DNA of 64,000 bases, taken from positions 79,670,001 through 79,734,000 of the forward strand of contig NC_091480.1 in NCBI RefSeq assembly GCF_036971445.1, in the 5' to 3' direction. Shown here in pieces: positions 37,981 to 51,900 of this stretch; the first letter of the stretch is position 1, and every line of letters begins with the position of its first letter. The stretch is from Narcine bancroftii. Lineage: Eukaryota. The notes beneath the pieces are model-generated. The model saw only the letters and a program-made list of their open reading frames with translations, ran no database searches and was not told the origin of the DNA. A program made the translations under genes and the position numbers.

Positions 37981-38413
37981 ATGAGTTCGTATTTTGTGAA
38001 CTCCACTTTCCCGGTGACTCTTGCCAGTGGTCAGGAGTCTTTCCTCGGACAGATTCCGTTATATTCCTCCGGTTACGACCCTTTAAGACACTATCCGGCC
38101 ACATATGGGGCTACAGGCATGCAAGATAAAAGCTACCCATCACCCTCTTACTACCAACAAACCAACGGGGCGTATGGGTGCAATCGGACACCCTGCGATT
38201 ATGGTGTTCCCAGTTTTTATCGTGAAAAAGACCCTCCTTGCGGCGCATCAGCCACCAGCTCCAAATACCACTCACTGGAAGACCCAACGCATTTCAACCC
38301 CGAACAACGCAAATCCGAGTGCACGCAAAACAGAATTTTATACGAAGAAGTGGACGATCAGAAGAATTCGCTCCCCGTATATCCCTGGATGCAAAGAATG
38401 AACTCTAGTGGTG
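37981..38413 (+). CDS. HoxB6: Homeobox protein Hox-B6, exon 1
   Basis: [43 protein letters not shown]...EQRKSEC.QN...PVYPWMQRMNS is diagnostic of HoxB6; donor G|GTAAGT at 38413/38414. Confidence 0.97.
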
Positions 38414-38941
38414 GTAAGTCTGCATTTTAATACTTTTATGTTTAATATATTTATTCAAGAAAACAACTTTTTAACGTGCACATTGAATAAAGGCAGGAAG
38501 AACATAATTAAGAAATTGGTTCAATCACCCTCCTTTTTGTTACAAGAGAGTATTTAACATGAAATGATTACAAGAGACCAAAATGCATTTTACTGTCTCG
38601 GGTTTCACATTAAATTATGAATTGCCACTTCTCTGAATAATTCATTAAAATTCAACATCTGGCTCATAAGATTAATATCTTTATGGTGCACAAACATATT
38701 ACGATATGAATATAAACATATGGAACATCAACCTCCAGTAAAGATGCCGCACAATCAGTTCCTTTCCCACCCTCCCCCCTTAAGTATTATAATGCACAGT
38801 TGCCAGGCCCATTGGTTACAGCGTCTTACTGTAACAGAGTGAAGCTGAGCAATGAATAAAAATCATTATTTTGTGATTCAGAACCAAAGGTCGTCAGCCT
38901 GCATTCTACTTTAAAACTTATATAAAACATATAAACAATAA

Positions 38942-39352
<411 letters not shown>

Positions 39353-39813
39353 AAACAACATTAAAAAATAGTTCGGAAGGGAACGCTATGCAGTTCTTTA
39401 TTTAAAAAGAATGAATAATAAATATTACAAGTTTACATTTTGTTTGCTGTTGCGCACCAGTGGAAATGTACATTTCTGTATTTGTTGTAAGATTTATTAT
39501 GAAGTTATGCATTCCTTTGATCTGTCCAGGCAGCCATTGTTTCACATTGATGTCAATATTTTGAAAGAAACACTAGGTGTAGCTCACGAATTCTATATCT
39601 CAATTGAGCTGTTGCAATATTGTGATTTTTTGTTGATGTTGGTCTCAGCTCTCTAGTTCACTTAGGTGTCTGTTGCTTTGTACACTGTGAACACTATTGG
39701 TTTATTTTATGTTTGTATGCGTGCATGTGTGGCATTGTGTGTGCGTGGGTGTGCAAATGACTCAATGAAGTTTAATATTGTACTTTGGATTGTTTTCGTA
39801 ACCAAGCGAGGGA

Positions 39814-39819
39814 AATAAA
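39814..39819 (+). terminator. Candidate HoxB6 polyadenylation signal
   Basis: AATAAA followed by T/GT-rich sequence. Confidence 0.55.
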
Positions 39820-41456
39820 GCAAATGTTTTAAGAATTCAGTAAAAGGTTATTTTTTTATTTGTGTTTCTTTGTTAAATGTACGTTGTTGTGTTTGAAGCG
39901 TGTGTAATATTTTTTGGAAACTGAAGATTTCTTGTCCGTAATTATAATAAAAGTTTTTCTTAAAAAATGTATTATTCAGTGAAGTGATCGTATTGTGCGT
40001 AAATGCCACTGTTGATGTGATGGAGATGCATTTTTCAATATAGCTACTCATGGCTTATCCGAATCTCGGTTACAATCTATCACGAAACAAAAAAAGTTGA
40101 CAGCTTCCTCATTGTATTTCTCGTAATTGATTCTCCTCCACGAGTTTCCAAATCCTTATTTAAATTTTATTCCCGTAATCATGTCACTACTCCCTTAAAA
40201 AAAATCCGGACCGGCTCATATAAACATTGATCGGCAATAGTTAACCAAATCTTCAGGATTCACACTTAATAGTTTATCAGAGAGAAAGGGCGAAGGGCAT
40301 TTCTGGTTTTACCAACTAATATCCTCGTTTCACCTGTTTTATTATATATTTTTTTTGTTGCCTAATCATGTGAAAACTCGGTAGCTGTTCTGGCAAATAC
40401 ATATTCCATTTATGGTACCATGTCTTAAGGCGCAGTTTAAAATGTTTTGAGCACGCATGTCCTCAGGTTATAACTATGCATGCCCGCAAAACTAAAACAA
40501 ACCTAGTGTAGTGAACGTTTAAATCCTTCCGTATGAAGCAAATGCCATATTGTCATAAAATGCCGAATACATTCTTTTAGTTACCCTCAGGAAGTGAACG
40601 CCCTAGGAGGTAAGCTACATTGGACAGATCCGATTAAAAATCGTATAAGGATACCAAGTTAATACGTCTACCAAAAAAAAACCATGGATCCGTGCACCCA
40701 GAATAACAATTAATCCAACCCATTTTGTGTATAAATCATATAATTCCATGCTAATTTCAAGAAAGCATATTAACTCCGAATGGAAGAGAAGTTGCAAAAT
40801 AGTTCAGAAGTGTATATTCTTCAGTTAATTACCTCAAATTAGAATACTGGAAATAAATAGGCTCTACACGCAGCTCATAGAACATAAAGGGCTACACACA
40901 TGAGATTTAGCTCTTCTCTTTTCTTGAAAACATCTGGACAGTTCTAAAAACAAAGTTTAAAAATAGGATACTTTATACCCACACATTACCAAGATTCGAA
41001 ACGAAATTCATCCCCGCAAACCATCCCCGAAAACATATCGAAACTGTAACATGTGGCAAATAATAAGGCTGACATCGATAGCAAGGAGCGCAAGTCAATG
41101 ACTGCGTACATTTAACTGAGTAGTCAAGGATGGCAAGTTAATTGTTTTTAAATGTATCTGGTCAAAAACGAAATAAATTGCTCACTCCAAGTACAGCTAT
41201 AAAACGTGATTTCCAATTCAATTGAAAGATAATTGAATTGCCGTTTTACGCTTTGCATTTTTGATTTCTTTTCAGCGTTTTTGAGAAAACACATAGTCAA
41301 AAATTGATCGGAACAGATAGCAAAATGTAACGCATTGCTGGAATTTATGGTTTTATTCATGGGGAAATTTAAAATGTTTTTTTTTGTCGTTTGGTTATTA
41401 ATGCATTGCCAATATTAATAGATAAGCAATGACCTTAAATCGTGCATTTTGACGGA

Positions 41457-41473
41457 GCCCGGTAGGTGGCGCA
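41457..41473 (+). promoter_or_regulatory. CTCF-like motif between HoxB6 and HoxB5
   Basis: CCGGTAGGTGGCGC is a strong match to the CTCF core, in the position of the Hox 5|6 boundary sites known in HoxA and HoxC. Confidence 0.65.
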
Positions 41474-41530
41474 CTCTGCAAACCTGGCCACCATTTGGAG
41501 CCTTGCATTCACATGGCGTAACGATTCACG

Positions 41531-41710
41531 GATCGTCATTATTTGTAACCATAGAGCATGAATTACCCCTTGAGGTCATCAGTGAGAATTTACGACTGGT
41601 CAACAAAAGCACGTGATTCCGACTCGCACCCCCCATATTTGGCCGCATACATAGAAGCGAACGAAGTACAGTCATTTCTATAATTCATTAATATATCATA
41701 AATCGTGCAG
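41531..41710 (+). promoter_or_regulatory. Highly conserved HoxB5 promoter/5' element
   Basis: CATTATTTGTAACCATAGAGCATGAATTACC..TTGAGGTCATCAG..GAATTTACGACTGGTCAACAAAAGCACGTGATTCC..CCCCATATTTGG..CATACATAG..ACGAAGTACAGT: the known Hox5 upstream block with an E-box at 41610-41615. Confidence 0.85.
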
Positions 41711-41759
41711 GACTGGGTTATAACGACTAACAACCACAAATCAACCCAAAAAAACCCAA

Positions 41760-42294
41760 ATGAGCTCTTACTTTGTAAACTCATTCTCCGGTCGCTATCA
41801 AAATGGCCCGGATTATCAGTTACTTAATTATGGGTCGAGCAGCTCCGAGAACGGACCATACAGGGATTCAGGCACCATGCATTCAGGCACTTACGGCTAC
41901 AACTACAATGGTATGGACCTTAGCATCACCCGTTCAGCTTCATCTAACCACTTTGGAGTGGTTAATGCAGAAAACTCCAGAAGCTATCCTCCAGCTACAG
42001 AAACCAGGTTCAGACAAGCAGCGAGCTGCACCCTCTCATCACCAGAACCCCTTTCTTGTTCCGGCAAGGACAGTCACGGAACCAAGGGTTCCCCATCCGA
42101 CCCGACTACCTCCTCTAGTTCAGCAAGTAATTTTACAGAAATGGACGAGGCCGGAGCATCCTCGGATGCCGAAGAGGGCACTCAAGCCAACAACAACAAC
42201 CATCCCAGGGCACAGCAAGAACCAACACAAGCAACAACACCAGAACAGCAGCCACAAATCTTTCCTTGGATGAGAAAGCTACACATTGCCCATG
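41760..42294 (+). CDS. HoxB5: Homeobox protein Hox-B5, exon 1
   Basis: [26 protein letters not shown]...MHSGTYGYNYNGMDLS...RFRQAASCTLSSPE...NFTEMDEA...PQIFPWMRKLHI; donor G|GTACAC at 42294/42295. Confidence 0.96.
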
Positions 42295-42770
42295 GTACAC
42301 TTTCATTTTCTGTCTAGTACTCGAAATATTGCTCGGCAGTCAGGTAATTCATAGCGACCTATTATACAACCTGGATCACACACAATCTAAACAATTGGGT
42401 TTTTAAAAAAAATTATTGCTCTGCAGAAACTTAACTAAAACATCTTCTGTAAATTGAATTGAAATTTATAATCCACAATTTTATATGTGCATGAAATATT
42501 ACGCGTTAGCCGATCATTAAAATTCAGTAATTATTAAAACACTATTTACTGCGGTTAAACTGTATTGTTATGATCTATAGAAATTGGTGCACATAAAGCT
42601 ATGGCTTGTACTGCACGATCAGCAATAATAACAAAGAGAACTGTCTGTTACCCTGGAAAATCAACGTTATTGGAAACCATTTTTCACGAATCTATTTGCC
42701 ATTTCGGACTTTTTAAAAATGTGTGTACACGTATGTTTTATTGTGCGTAGAAGGGAAAGGATGACAGAGC

Positions 42771-43053
42771 NNNNNNNNNNNNNNNNNNNNNNNNNNNNNN
42801 NNNNNNNNNNNNNNNNNNNNNNNNNNNNNNNNNNNNNNNNNNNNNNNNNNNNNNNNNNNNNNNNNNNNNNNNNNNNNNNNNNNNNNNNNNNNNNNNNNNN
42901 NNNNNNNNNNNNNNNNNNNNNNNNNNNNNNNNNNNNNNNNNNNNNNNNNNNNNNNNNNNNNNNNNNNNNNNNNNNNNNNNNNNNNNNNNNNNNNNNNNNN
43001 NNNNNNNNNNNNNNNNNNNNNNNNNNNNNNNNNNNNNNNNNNNNNNNNNNNNN
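42771..43053. other. Assembly gap in the HoxB5 intron
   Basis: Run of N. Confidence 1.
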
Positions 43054-43296
43054 GAATCACAGCCGCCAGGACACAGGTTACATAGTCAGACAATGAAAAG
43101 GAAAATGATAATTAATAGGAATTCGGATTGGAGACAATATACTTTAATTTTGACATAGCATGTCCAGAGTGGCCCCGGGGAAGGGAATACTGCAACTTTC
43201 AAGGTCTAGCGTTTTTCCTTTTTTTAAAAAAATATATTTTCGTGGATAGATAATTCAGCATGGATAAAAAAAAAACCTGCCTGTATTTATTAACAG

Positions 43297-43547
43297 ATGG
43301 TATGGGTGGACCCGACGGGAAAAGAGCCAGGACTGCTTATACTCGTTTTCAGACCTTGGAGTTGGAAAAGGAGTTCCACTTCAACAGATATCTAACCCGA
43401 CGGCGGAGGATAGAGATTGCTCACGCTTTGTGCCTCTCTGAACGGCAGATAAAGATTTGGTTCCAGAATCGGCGGATGAAATGGAAAAAGGACAACAAGC
43501 TGAAAAGTATGAGCATGACGGCCGGAGCAAGCGCTTTCCAACCCTAA
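43297..43547 (+). CDS. HoxB5: Homeobox protein Hox-B5, exon 2 (homeodomain)
   Basis: Acceptor CAG at 43294-43296; [69 protein letters not shown]...AFQP; 261 aa joined. Confidence 0.96.
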
Positions 43548-44217
43548 CGTGTAAAACATGAGAGACACCATGCACCAGTACTGTACAGCCAGGCACCTCT
43601 CCTCTCCACCCTCCCCCCCCCCCTCCCCACGTGTTGTTAAATATTAAAAAAATGCTTAAACTTTTCTGTGATCCTGCTAACAATTTGTTTTCTTTTTTTT
43701 TTCCGGTTGTCCTTTCGCTGTTAAGTGCTTGTTGCTGTCTTACATTTGTCTGTGTCAGTGAACTGTTGGTGCTCTGTTGAAAGGTAGCATGTTTTTTGTG
43801 GATTGTAAATGGTATAACTTATTTATAATTGACACGTCTTCTTTACTACCCCACGTTGATAAAATGCTAAAAAAATCTTTGCTCTTGCACTATCAACTTC
43901 AGACACATATACATCTACTTGTAAGTTCCTGCCCTTAATGCTGTCCGTGATTTTAAACAACGTCCGTGTGTGGAAATTCCATGTAGAAAACTAATCATTG
44001 TCAATACACGTGGATAGATTATGAAACCAGTGATGACTGTGCAAGATTATTTAGTGAGTTATAATGGTTGTAAATAATACAAAAATGTTTATAATGTTGC
44101 CTATAGCTAGTCTAAGTGATGAGTGGCATATTTTCTGTAGAGGTCAACTACACCTATGTCTAGCTCCAACAGTATGTTGCCCATATGCTATTTGTATTTG
44201 TTTGTAGCTTAATTCGA

Positions 44218-44223
44218 AATAAA
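44218..44223 (+). terminator. Candidate HoxB5 polyadenylation signal
   Basis: AATAAA about 670 bp after the stop codon. Confidence 0.55.
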
Positions 44224-45014
44224 GTAAAACGTTCTCATAACCATCCATGATCTCTATAGCGTAATGTCTTCAGACTATGCAAGATAACATCTTATTGCTT
44301 AATCTCTAAAACATGGGTTATACCTATGTTTGATCGAATATAATACCTACATATGATTAAGGTGTGTTCCATTTCAATATTGCCACTTGTTTTGTACTAT
44401 CTTAACTATGTAGTGAAAAGCTACATTAGTAGAGAACATCATTACTTTTCGTCAATTAACATCTATCGTTGGCATCTCATTTTATATTTTATGTTAATTT
44501 CATGAAATGGTACCAGGACTTAACGCTACCTGAATGCATTTATCTTCCATTGTAAATCAGGAACTTTACTAACGGCTGTTATTTTGCATGCGCAATTCTT
44601 CCTTGCCATGCTCTATTTTAAATGTGGCATTTGTGTGACTTATTTGCATTTTTGGAGTTTACCTGTTTCTCACATGACAACCCTATTTAAAGAGTGCGTC
44701 AGGACTTTTTTTTAAAAACATTCGTTCTTGTGTAAGAAAAAATAAAGGCTCCGAAACTTGATTTCTAGGCCATCCCTTCCAGAGACGTAAACAGTTACGA
44801 GATATACTGAAGTTTGTCAATGCAAAATACTACGCGCTTTTGATAATTTGGGTGCAACAGGTAAACCTTAGTTATGTTAAACTCAACTTACCAAAAGAAC
44901 GTCCAAGTGCTTATCGGTAGTAGATAAGTCACACAGCAAATATTAGGTCTATCTTGCAATGTACATGCTTCCCTTGTGAATATAACAAACTGCATATGCA
45001 AGAAGTCGGTATGA

Positions 45015-45180
45015 CATTGGGATGTCAAATGAATTGGGTATTTATCTCAAAGTTAGATCGTAAAAATCGCCCGTACCGCAGGCAGATACCCCTACTGGCT
45101 CTCAAAAGTCACGTGGGGTCGTTAAAGTTAGTTTTATGGTTCTGGGGAGTTGACAAGGTACAATATATTTCACATTCTGT
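45015..45180. promoter_or_regulatory. Conserved non-coding element 3' of HoxB5
   Basis: GATCGTAAAAATC, E-box GTCACGTG (45108-45115), AAAGTTAGTTTTATGG (Cdx-type) and GAGTTGACA (Meis-type). Resembles the Hox5-to-4 block of paralogous clusters (from memory). Confidence 0.65.
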
Positions 45181-45903
45181 ATAATGTTAGTGACGCTGAA
45201 CTTTATCTGGCTGGGTTTGCAGCCTGCACGCGTATAATGTGACGAGTCTTCCAGAGGAATCGAACGGGTCTGCTTTACGAGGCCAACAAGGTTTAAAATC
45301 TTTTCTGACTGCAGTGCAGCTCCAAGTAAGTTATGTTGAACTATAAACACAGCCCGCATTCCTTCTGTCAGCAGGGCCCAGTGAGGCGTTCAAAATTAAA
45401 AGTAAAATTAAAACGTGATTAAGTAATAGTAATGCGGATTTGTAAACTTTTGAAGGTATTTTCGTTTTCACCTTTACCTTTTCTGGGCCCAAACTGTAAA
45501 GAAACTGTAAAGATATGGCGGGCGCGATGAGTGGGCCTTCTTCCTAGAGACTGCTTACTTTACTCAAGGAGATTTAAAAATCCTAATGTTTTACTGATGA
45601 GAGGTTAAATTGCAATCGGTATCAGTGTGTGTGCGGGGCGGGTGGGGGTGGTGTATAGTGTTGAATAAACAAATTCTCTCTTGTTTGAAAGGCATCTTGG
45701 TGCTGTACTTTCTAATAACCTCTGTTTTGAAAACTTATTGCATGGTCAAAAATTCGTTTGTTTTGTATATATAAAACAGTTGTGTACTTTGCTTGTTTAA
45801 ATCTTAGATTTAAAAAAATCTGTCATTCAGAGAAGGGATTGAAATACCCTGTCCTTTAAATATGAATGTGGTGCCTTTATCTGCGGGAATTGAGACGGGA
45901 CGT

Positions 45904-45934
45904 GGGGTGGGGGGGGGGGGGGGTGGGGGGGGGG
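45904..45934. repeat. G-tract, potential G-quadruplex
   Basis: GGGGT followed by long G runs separated by single T. Confidence 0.8.
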
Positions 45935-48900
45935 TGTATGTGATGTGCTAGTTGTTGCAAATGCTTAAACAAGTTCGCAGTAATAGTTGCTATTTCAGTT
46001 TAGTATTTTTTCCAATTTAATAATCCTTGAAGCAAATGTGACCCACGCCCACTGTAGTATTTTCGTTTTGGCCTTAATTCAATTTTTTAAAATCATTTAA
46101 AGGGTGTGTTTCTGCGTCTATTCATTCAATCTAATACAGCCTGTTTGCAGACACAGTTATTTAAAAGTGGAAATCGGCCTTTGGCAAGGCCTTGTCTAAC
46201 CAAGGGCATATTTTTCATTATTCTTACAACATGTCCTTGGCTTGTTGGCATTCCAGTGTTAACTGTCTCACTAGTCAAAAAAATGTTAAAATGATCTCAG
46301 CGTTTAAAAGAAAACATGTGTTAAACATATGGTTGTATCCATGCCATAAGCTTTTTTTAAAAAAAAGATAATATGAAAAAGGGTGTCAGTTGAAAGCGTC
46401 CATGTTACATTGAAATCTGAAAAGACCCTTAATGTTAAGTTAGTGAATATACTGCCCTCTGCCCCATTAGCCTGTTCCTTCCATTCAGTGCAGCCTCATT
46501 CGGAATTTGCCAATCATTTGAGTTGGACGAGTTTTGGTCATGGCGAAAATGAAGTATTCTATGAACTCAGAATATACTTAAGGTGAGCAATGGGACAGCA
46601 GAAACATTGATCGAATCTGAAAATTCGTGGCTTGGTCTCTAAATACAACTGAGACGTGTTACATCGTTTGAAATAAATCCTGCGCCATATATTGGTTTTG
46701 GTTTAGAATCCAGCATCAAAATTCAATCACTCTTTAATAGTATAACCTTTAACTCTTGTCAGTTTTAAATTATAGACATTTGGCCTCTATAAATGTCATC
46801 ATTTTGAAACGTAACTCTTAAGTACGACTAATTGAAAGTTGCATAGATTTTTATACGAATTATTTTCCATTGGGGTTTCAAGTTTAAGTGAGAGACAGGG
46901 GAATAGGCGTTATATCAACTTATATGACTAAAGAATTTTTAGCAGAAACGGAAGTTCTTTGATCCCACAGTCAATAATTCTCTCAAACAAGAACAACAGC
47001 TAACTTTCTATCGTGCAGTTAGCATTTTTTTTATTGATAGACAGCTCTTATTTTATGTGCATGAATACTGTCACCGTGTGTTTTTATCCAGAATAATATT
47101 GGAGTATTCACCTTTACTGTACATTTCCTGTCACGCTAATCTGACCAATGCCCGCATATTTTGAGGTTCATACTACAGATTATTTGTGCATTCACAAAGG
47201 AGAAATCTAGATACACGCGAGAAAAATTATACTTTGACATTTCTCATCAGAAAATGTCGTTTCTCACCCTGATAATTATTGGCGTGCAATAGTCCTCGAA
47301 GCCGGCTGTCAAGTGTTTTTTTAATTCTCTCCATTTCCGGTGCGTAGTTTGAGGGGGTGGGGGCGTTTAGAATCTAGTTTGGGAGTCAAACGTTTTCTTT
47401 CTTTCAGAATTTCGAAACGTTCCCGGTTTCTTTTTTTATTGCTTTTCCGCGCTGATATTTAGTGAAATCCAAAGGGTAAACAGGAAAACACGTCGTTGCC
47501 GGAGGAAATACATTGTGGTCTTGCCTTTCTTCTCATATTATTCACAGTATTGTCCATCAGTGTACTGCAATAAAATGGAAAAGGAGAAAGATTAGTTCGA
47601 GAATTGCCATGAACGTGCTTTGTGTTTATTTTTAGGCGAAAACGATTTAAGACCTCTAGTTTGGGATAAACATTTGTATTTTCCATTGTTTTCCTCCGAG
47701 GCAAAAATAATCTGTCAATCTCGGAGTCTGTCACCAATCAGCTATACTTTGCAGGCTTCGTGGTGTCCCATACTTGGTTCTTCACTTATCTTTCCCAATC
47801 TGATTTAAAGACACGATGCTCAGGAAATACATTAGTGTAATAGTTTATGATTAGTGTGTGAAAGAAACTGATAGAGCATAAATAATTACAATGATACAAG
47901 AACCTCTCGGCTCTTTAATAAAACATGGTTCATGAGTAAAATTCGCCAGAGCTGAATTTGATCGCCATAGCGAAGTGGGTGAAATTGAGTATCATACCGC
48001 ACCAATTATGGTGTATGTTAGACATCTTCCTTCTGCTGCAAAGCATTGATTTGGGTACCAAAGGAAGGAAATAGCTTTAAAATATAATCAAATATATATA
48101 TATAAATATATATATATATTCAATCTTTTGGCAAGGTATTTTAGGTTCTCAGATTTTTTTAACTGCAAATCGACACACACACAAACATTTATAACGTAAA
48201 TTCGTGGTTAACAGTAACATTGATAATTTGGTTTTTTTAGCAAAAATGCTCCCCTCTCGCTTACAGAGATATATTTGCTCCTGGTACAATCGCAAGCAAA
48301 TTATCTGTTCCATAGAAACGCACAGGATCAATAAGCAAAGTCTAAAGGTGATACATATTCTTTGTTTCTGTTTTTAAATGGTGTGCATCTTGTTCATTTA
48401 TATGCGTTGGATAGAGTTGAGCACTCGGTTAAGGTTGTAATATAGTGGGGGAAAGGAACAAAAAACATTCGCACCGTCGCAGATAGAGTCATAAAGGTGT
48501 CAAATGATTATATCACCGTATTAAACATCTACTTGCAGACGCACAGATAAAAGCCTTCAGATCTCATACGTTTTCATTAACTCTTCCCCATGGTTTCAAC
48601 CGTCACCAATTGAGATCACTTTGGGCCACAAACCAGCACCCTCTTCCAAAACATGCGAACTAAGCTAGACCAACACACACATCACAGTCTAATTAAATGC
48701 AACACGGGCATAAGGTGAGATCTTAAATTACAAAATACTATTACTTTCGCTGCATCGTATGCGCTTAATAAATTGCAAAATGAAACAAAAAACGATATAA
48801 TTAGTATCAAGCTCCATAATAACTTGCCTGTTCTCGCCATGATATTTCCAAACCATTCAATGTTTTCGGGCCTTTCTTTCTCTCTATTGAGTTTTATGGT

Positions 48901-51900
48901 ACTCAAGACCCAGAGATTTGTTAACCCTCAGTGCTAAAATAAAGTAGACTGATGTCTAATATTTAAAGAACCGAGCGAGATATTTTATAATAAAAACATC
49001 TTAACACAGTTACTTTGGCAAAAGTACTGCAAAGAATCAGAACTAATCTCAACACTATTCTGTCTGTCATTCACAGTGCAATGCGGTAGCTTAACCGAAT
49101 TGGTATATGTTTTCTATTACATTTAGAATTCACAAATTATCACACAATTCGATGACAACGGTAACGTGAAATCCTAGTTATTATTTCGTCTCTTGAGGAA
49201 TTTGCTTTCTGTTGACCTCGGTTAAAAACATTCTGCTTTTATTAAACAAGACACGATTGTTGCCAGTTTTAAACATATGGAACGCATAATATTTGCAAGT
49301 TGACAAAGATATCGAAAAACATTTTGCTACTGATACCTTGTGGTATTTTATCACCATAAAACTCGGATTAAAAGCAGAATCCAAAATAAATATGAATCGA
49401 ATCAGGGGAGCTGTTTGACACATGTAACGTGTCGCATCCACCACCAGAGTCCGCTTCAGACCAAGTTCATAGTCAAGATGCGTCTCTTTCTTACCAGCTT
49501 TTGCATTCCACTTAATCTGGCGAAATAGAGACGGAGGAGTCTGTTTGATATCTCCTCAAAATGCCCTACTTATGTACTATCAGAAGTTTCGAAGTGCAGT
49601 GGTCATTTATCTCTTCAAAACTCACCCTTTCATGTTGTATACTTTCCTGCCGAATAATGACATAAATTCATTCAAACAGTGCCGGTAAGAAAAAGAAATA
49701 CATACTTGAAGAATTCAAACCGAACTTTCAAGAAATTCCAGTGACTCATGAAAATCTTTCGATTTCTCAAATATGTGTATTGAATAAAGCAGCGCTAAGC
49801 TTAAATTCTTGCCTCGTGTGGGAAACAAAACTGTACAGCAATACTGTCTGAGGATTGTGATGTTGAAACTGTTCATGGGGGCTTGTTAGTACAGCATTAT
49901 AGCTGAGGGGTCAAAAAGTGGAGGGTCAAAAGTTTACGTCGTGCGTGACTTGATGTTGTCTGTCTAGATAGACTCAGTTCGATGTCAATGGTAAATGGAA
50001 TGGTCTTGTCTATCGGCTTTGATGAGAACATGATGCCCAGGTTAAAAAAAATGTAAGTAAGTAAAGCTTAGAAATCGACACAATATCTACTGGCGATGTG
50101 ATATAAGATGGGTGGATAGAGAGATGAACGGACAGCGAGGGGCTCGAAAAGTTAGTAGAAGTGGTGACGGGTGGAGGTGTGTGTGGTGCGTCGGATGGGT
50201 GGTTGTGGGGTGAATGGGGGGAGGGTTCGCTGCTAACTATCCTCACTGCGACCTGTGCAAAAGGAGGGAGGATTAATTGTTTTCTTTCATGGAACACACT
50301 GCATAATAACTAGAAATCACCAGATCCACGGTGGAAGGAATTGTTTAAAAACATAAGCGTTTTTTAAAAAAAACCCAAAAGGGTGGAGGTAAATAATTCT
50401 CGCTAGATGCAATTAACTTTCTTTTTAAAACAATTTGAGAGTCAAGTTCCATGGGGAATAGAAAGTCTTGGTGAAATTGGTGACAAGACAAAAAAAAAGA
50501 ACAAATATTCGACGCTTTTATATCGGGTCAGGGGATGTAATTTGGGCAAATACACATTTCCAAACGGATGTGAAAATATTTTTTTAAAACCCAGAACGGC
50601 ATCTTCAAGCACAGACGGTCATGAAATTTCTAGGTGCCAATGGCTGAAAGAAGAGTCGTAGAATTCGTCAAGATTTTGCAATTATCTGAGACTTGCTTAA
50701 TTTTGGTATCAAACAAACCAAATAGACCACAGCGTACCTCACAATTATATTGCACGATAACACAAGGCAAATGTTAGTTCTTGGATTTTTCGACATATAG
50801 CATTTGGTATTCTCTCCCTCTCCTAATGGTTGCTTTAGATCTCCGTGATGAAATTTATCCATCAGTGTTCAACCATGAAGAATCGGAGATTTTCGACTTA
50901 AGTTTTACGAAGGAAAAACGATTACGTTTAATTACCTACTTTCAAGAGGCTTTCTATCAGATTTTAAATAAACCCGATATTAACCCCCTTTAATTACCAT
51001 TATAACAAGCATTAAGCGATATTTATCCCATATCACACTAGTGCGTCATTTTAATAAAGCGCTGCACAGAATTTACAAGCTATAGTTCGACCACTTAAAG
51101 TAAAGCATTTAAATCTGTTTGCAAGGCAGCTTGTTGTCCTGGGTTCTGCGCTTGGAAGAGTTTAAAATCTATTCTCAGTACCGTTGCTCTGCGATAAATC
51201 TGTTCAAAATAAATATTAAAAAAGTTTACATTTTGAGCGTTTGGGTGAACAACTTAATAGTTCCATTATCAAACCATCCCGTTGATGGAAGATTAGAGAA
51301 AAACTTGAGACAGGCAACTTTTGAATAACCCATTTCCCCATTTTCCTCAGCGCCCACAATGGTTGAAGTAATGAAGTAATACTCGCATAAACCATTAAGT
51401 ACATTGCATGCATTTGTTGTTTTATTTTCGCAATGGCAACTGTTTTTTTTCAATTACCATGGATGCAATTAAACGAAATGGTTTCAATGGAATTTGGCAA
51501 TGATTAGATTACGTGCGTGTGTTATGTAACATTTCCGCATTGTAGAAATAAAGATTTTGCATTTACACTTGTTGCTCGTGACCTCTGAAAACTAAATAGA
51601 ATTGAGAGCCAACAAGCATTTTTGAAGCATAGTGTGGTAAATCAAGGACAACATCTTTTTAACTCCTCTCAGTGGTGCAACAATATTCCTCTTTAAAATA
51701 AAAAAAAGATTTTCATCTGTTAAATCCAGTGATAAACAATTATCACTACATGATATACAATTATTCACCATCAATTTGCTTTTTTCCTGAAAATGATAAA
51801 TCATGTGTCAAGTATTTTATGTTTTCTCATACACAAATCATAAAATTTTTAGATTTAAAACCCACCCAAATTCATGATCTAGACCACAAGGGAGGGCGCA

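Noticed and set aside
41803-42273. 156-aa alternative-frame ORF inside HoxB5 exon 1
   Set aside because: No homology recognised; explained by the codon composition of the real frame.
45491-45512. AAACTGTAAAG x2 tandem repeat
   Set aside because: Ordinary slippage duplication.
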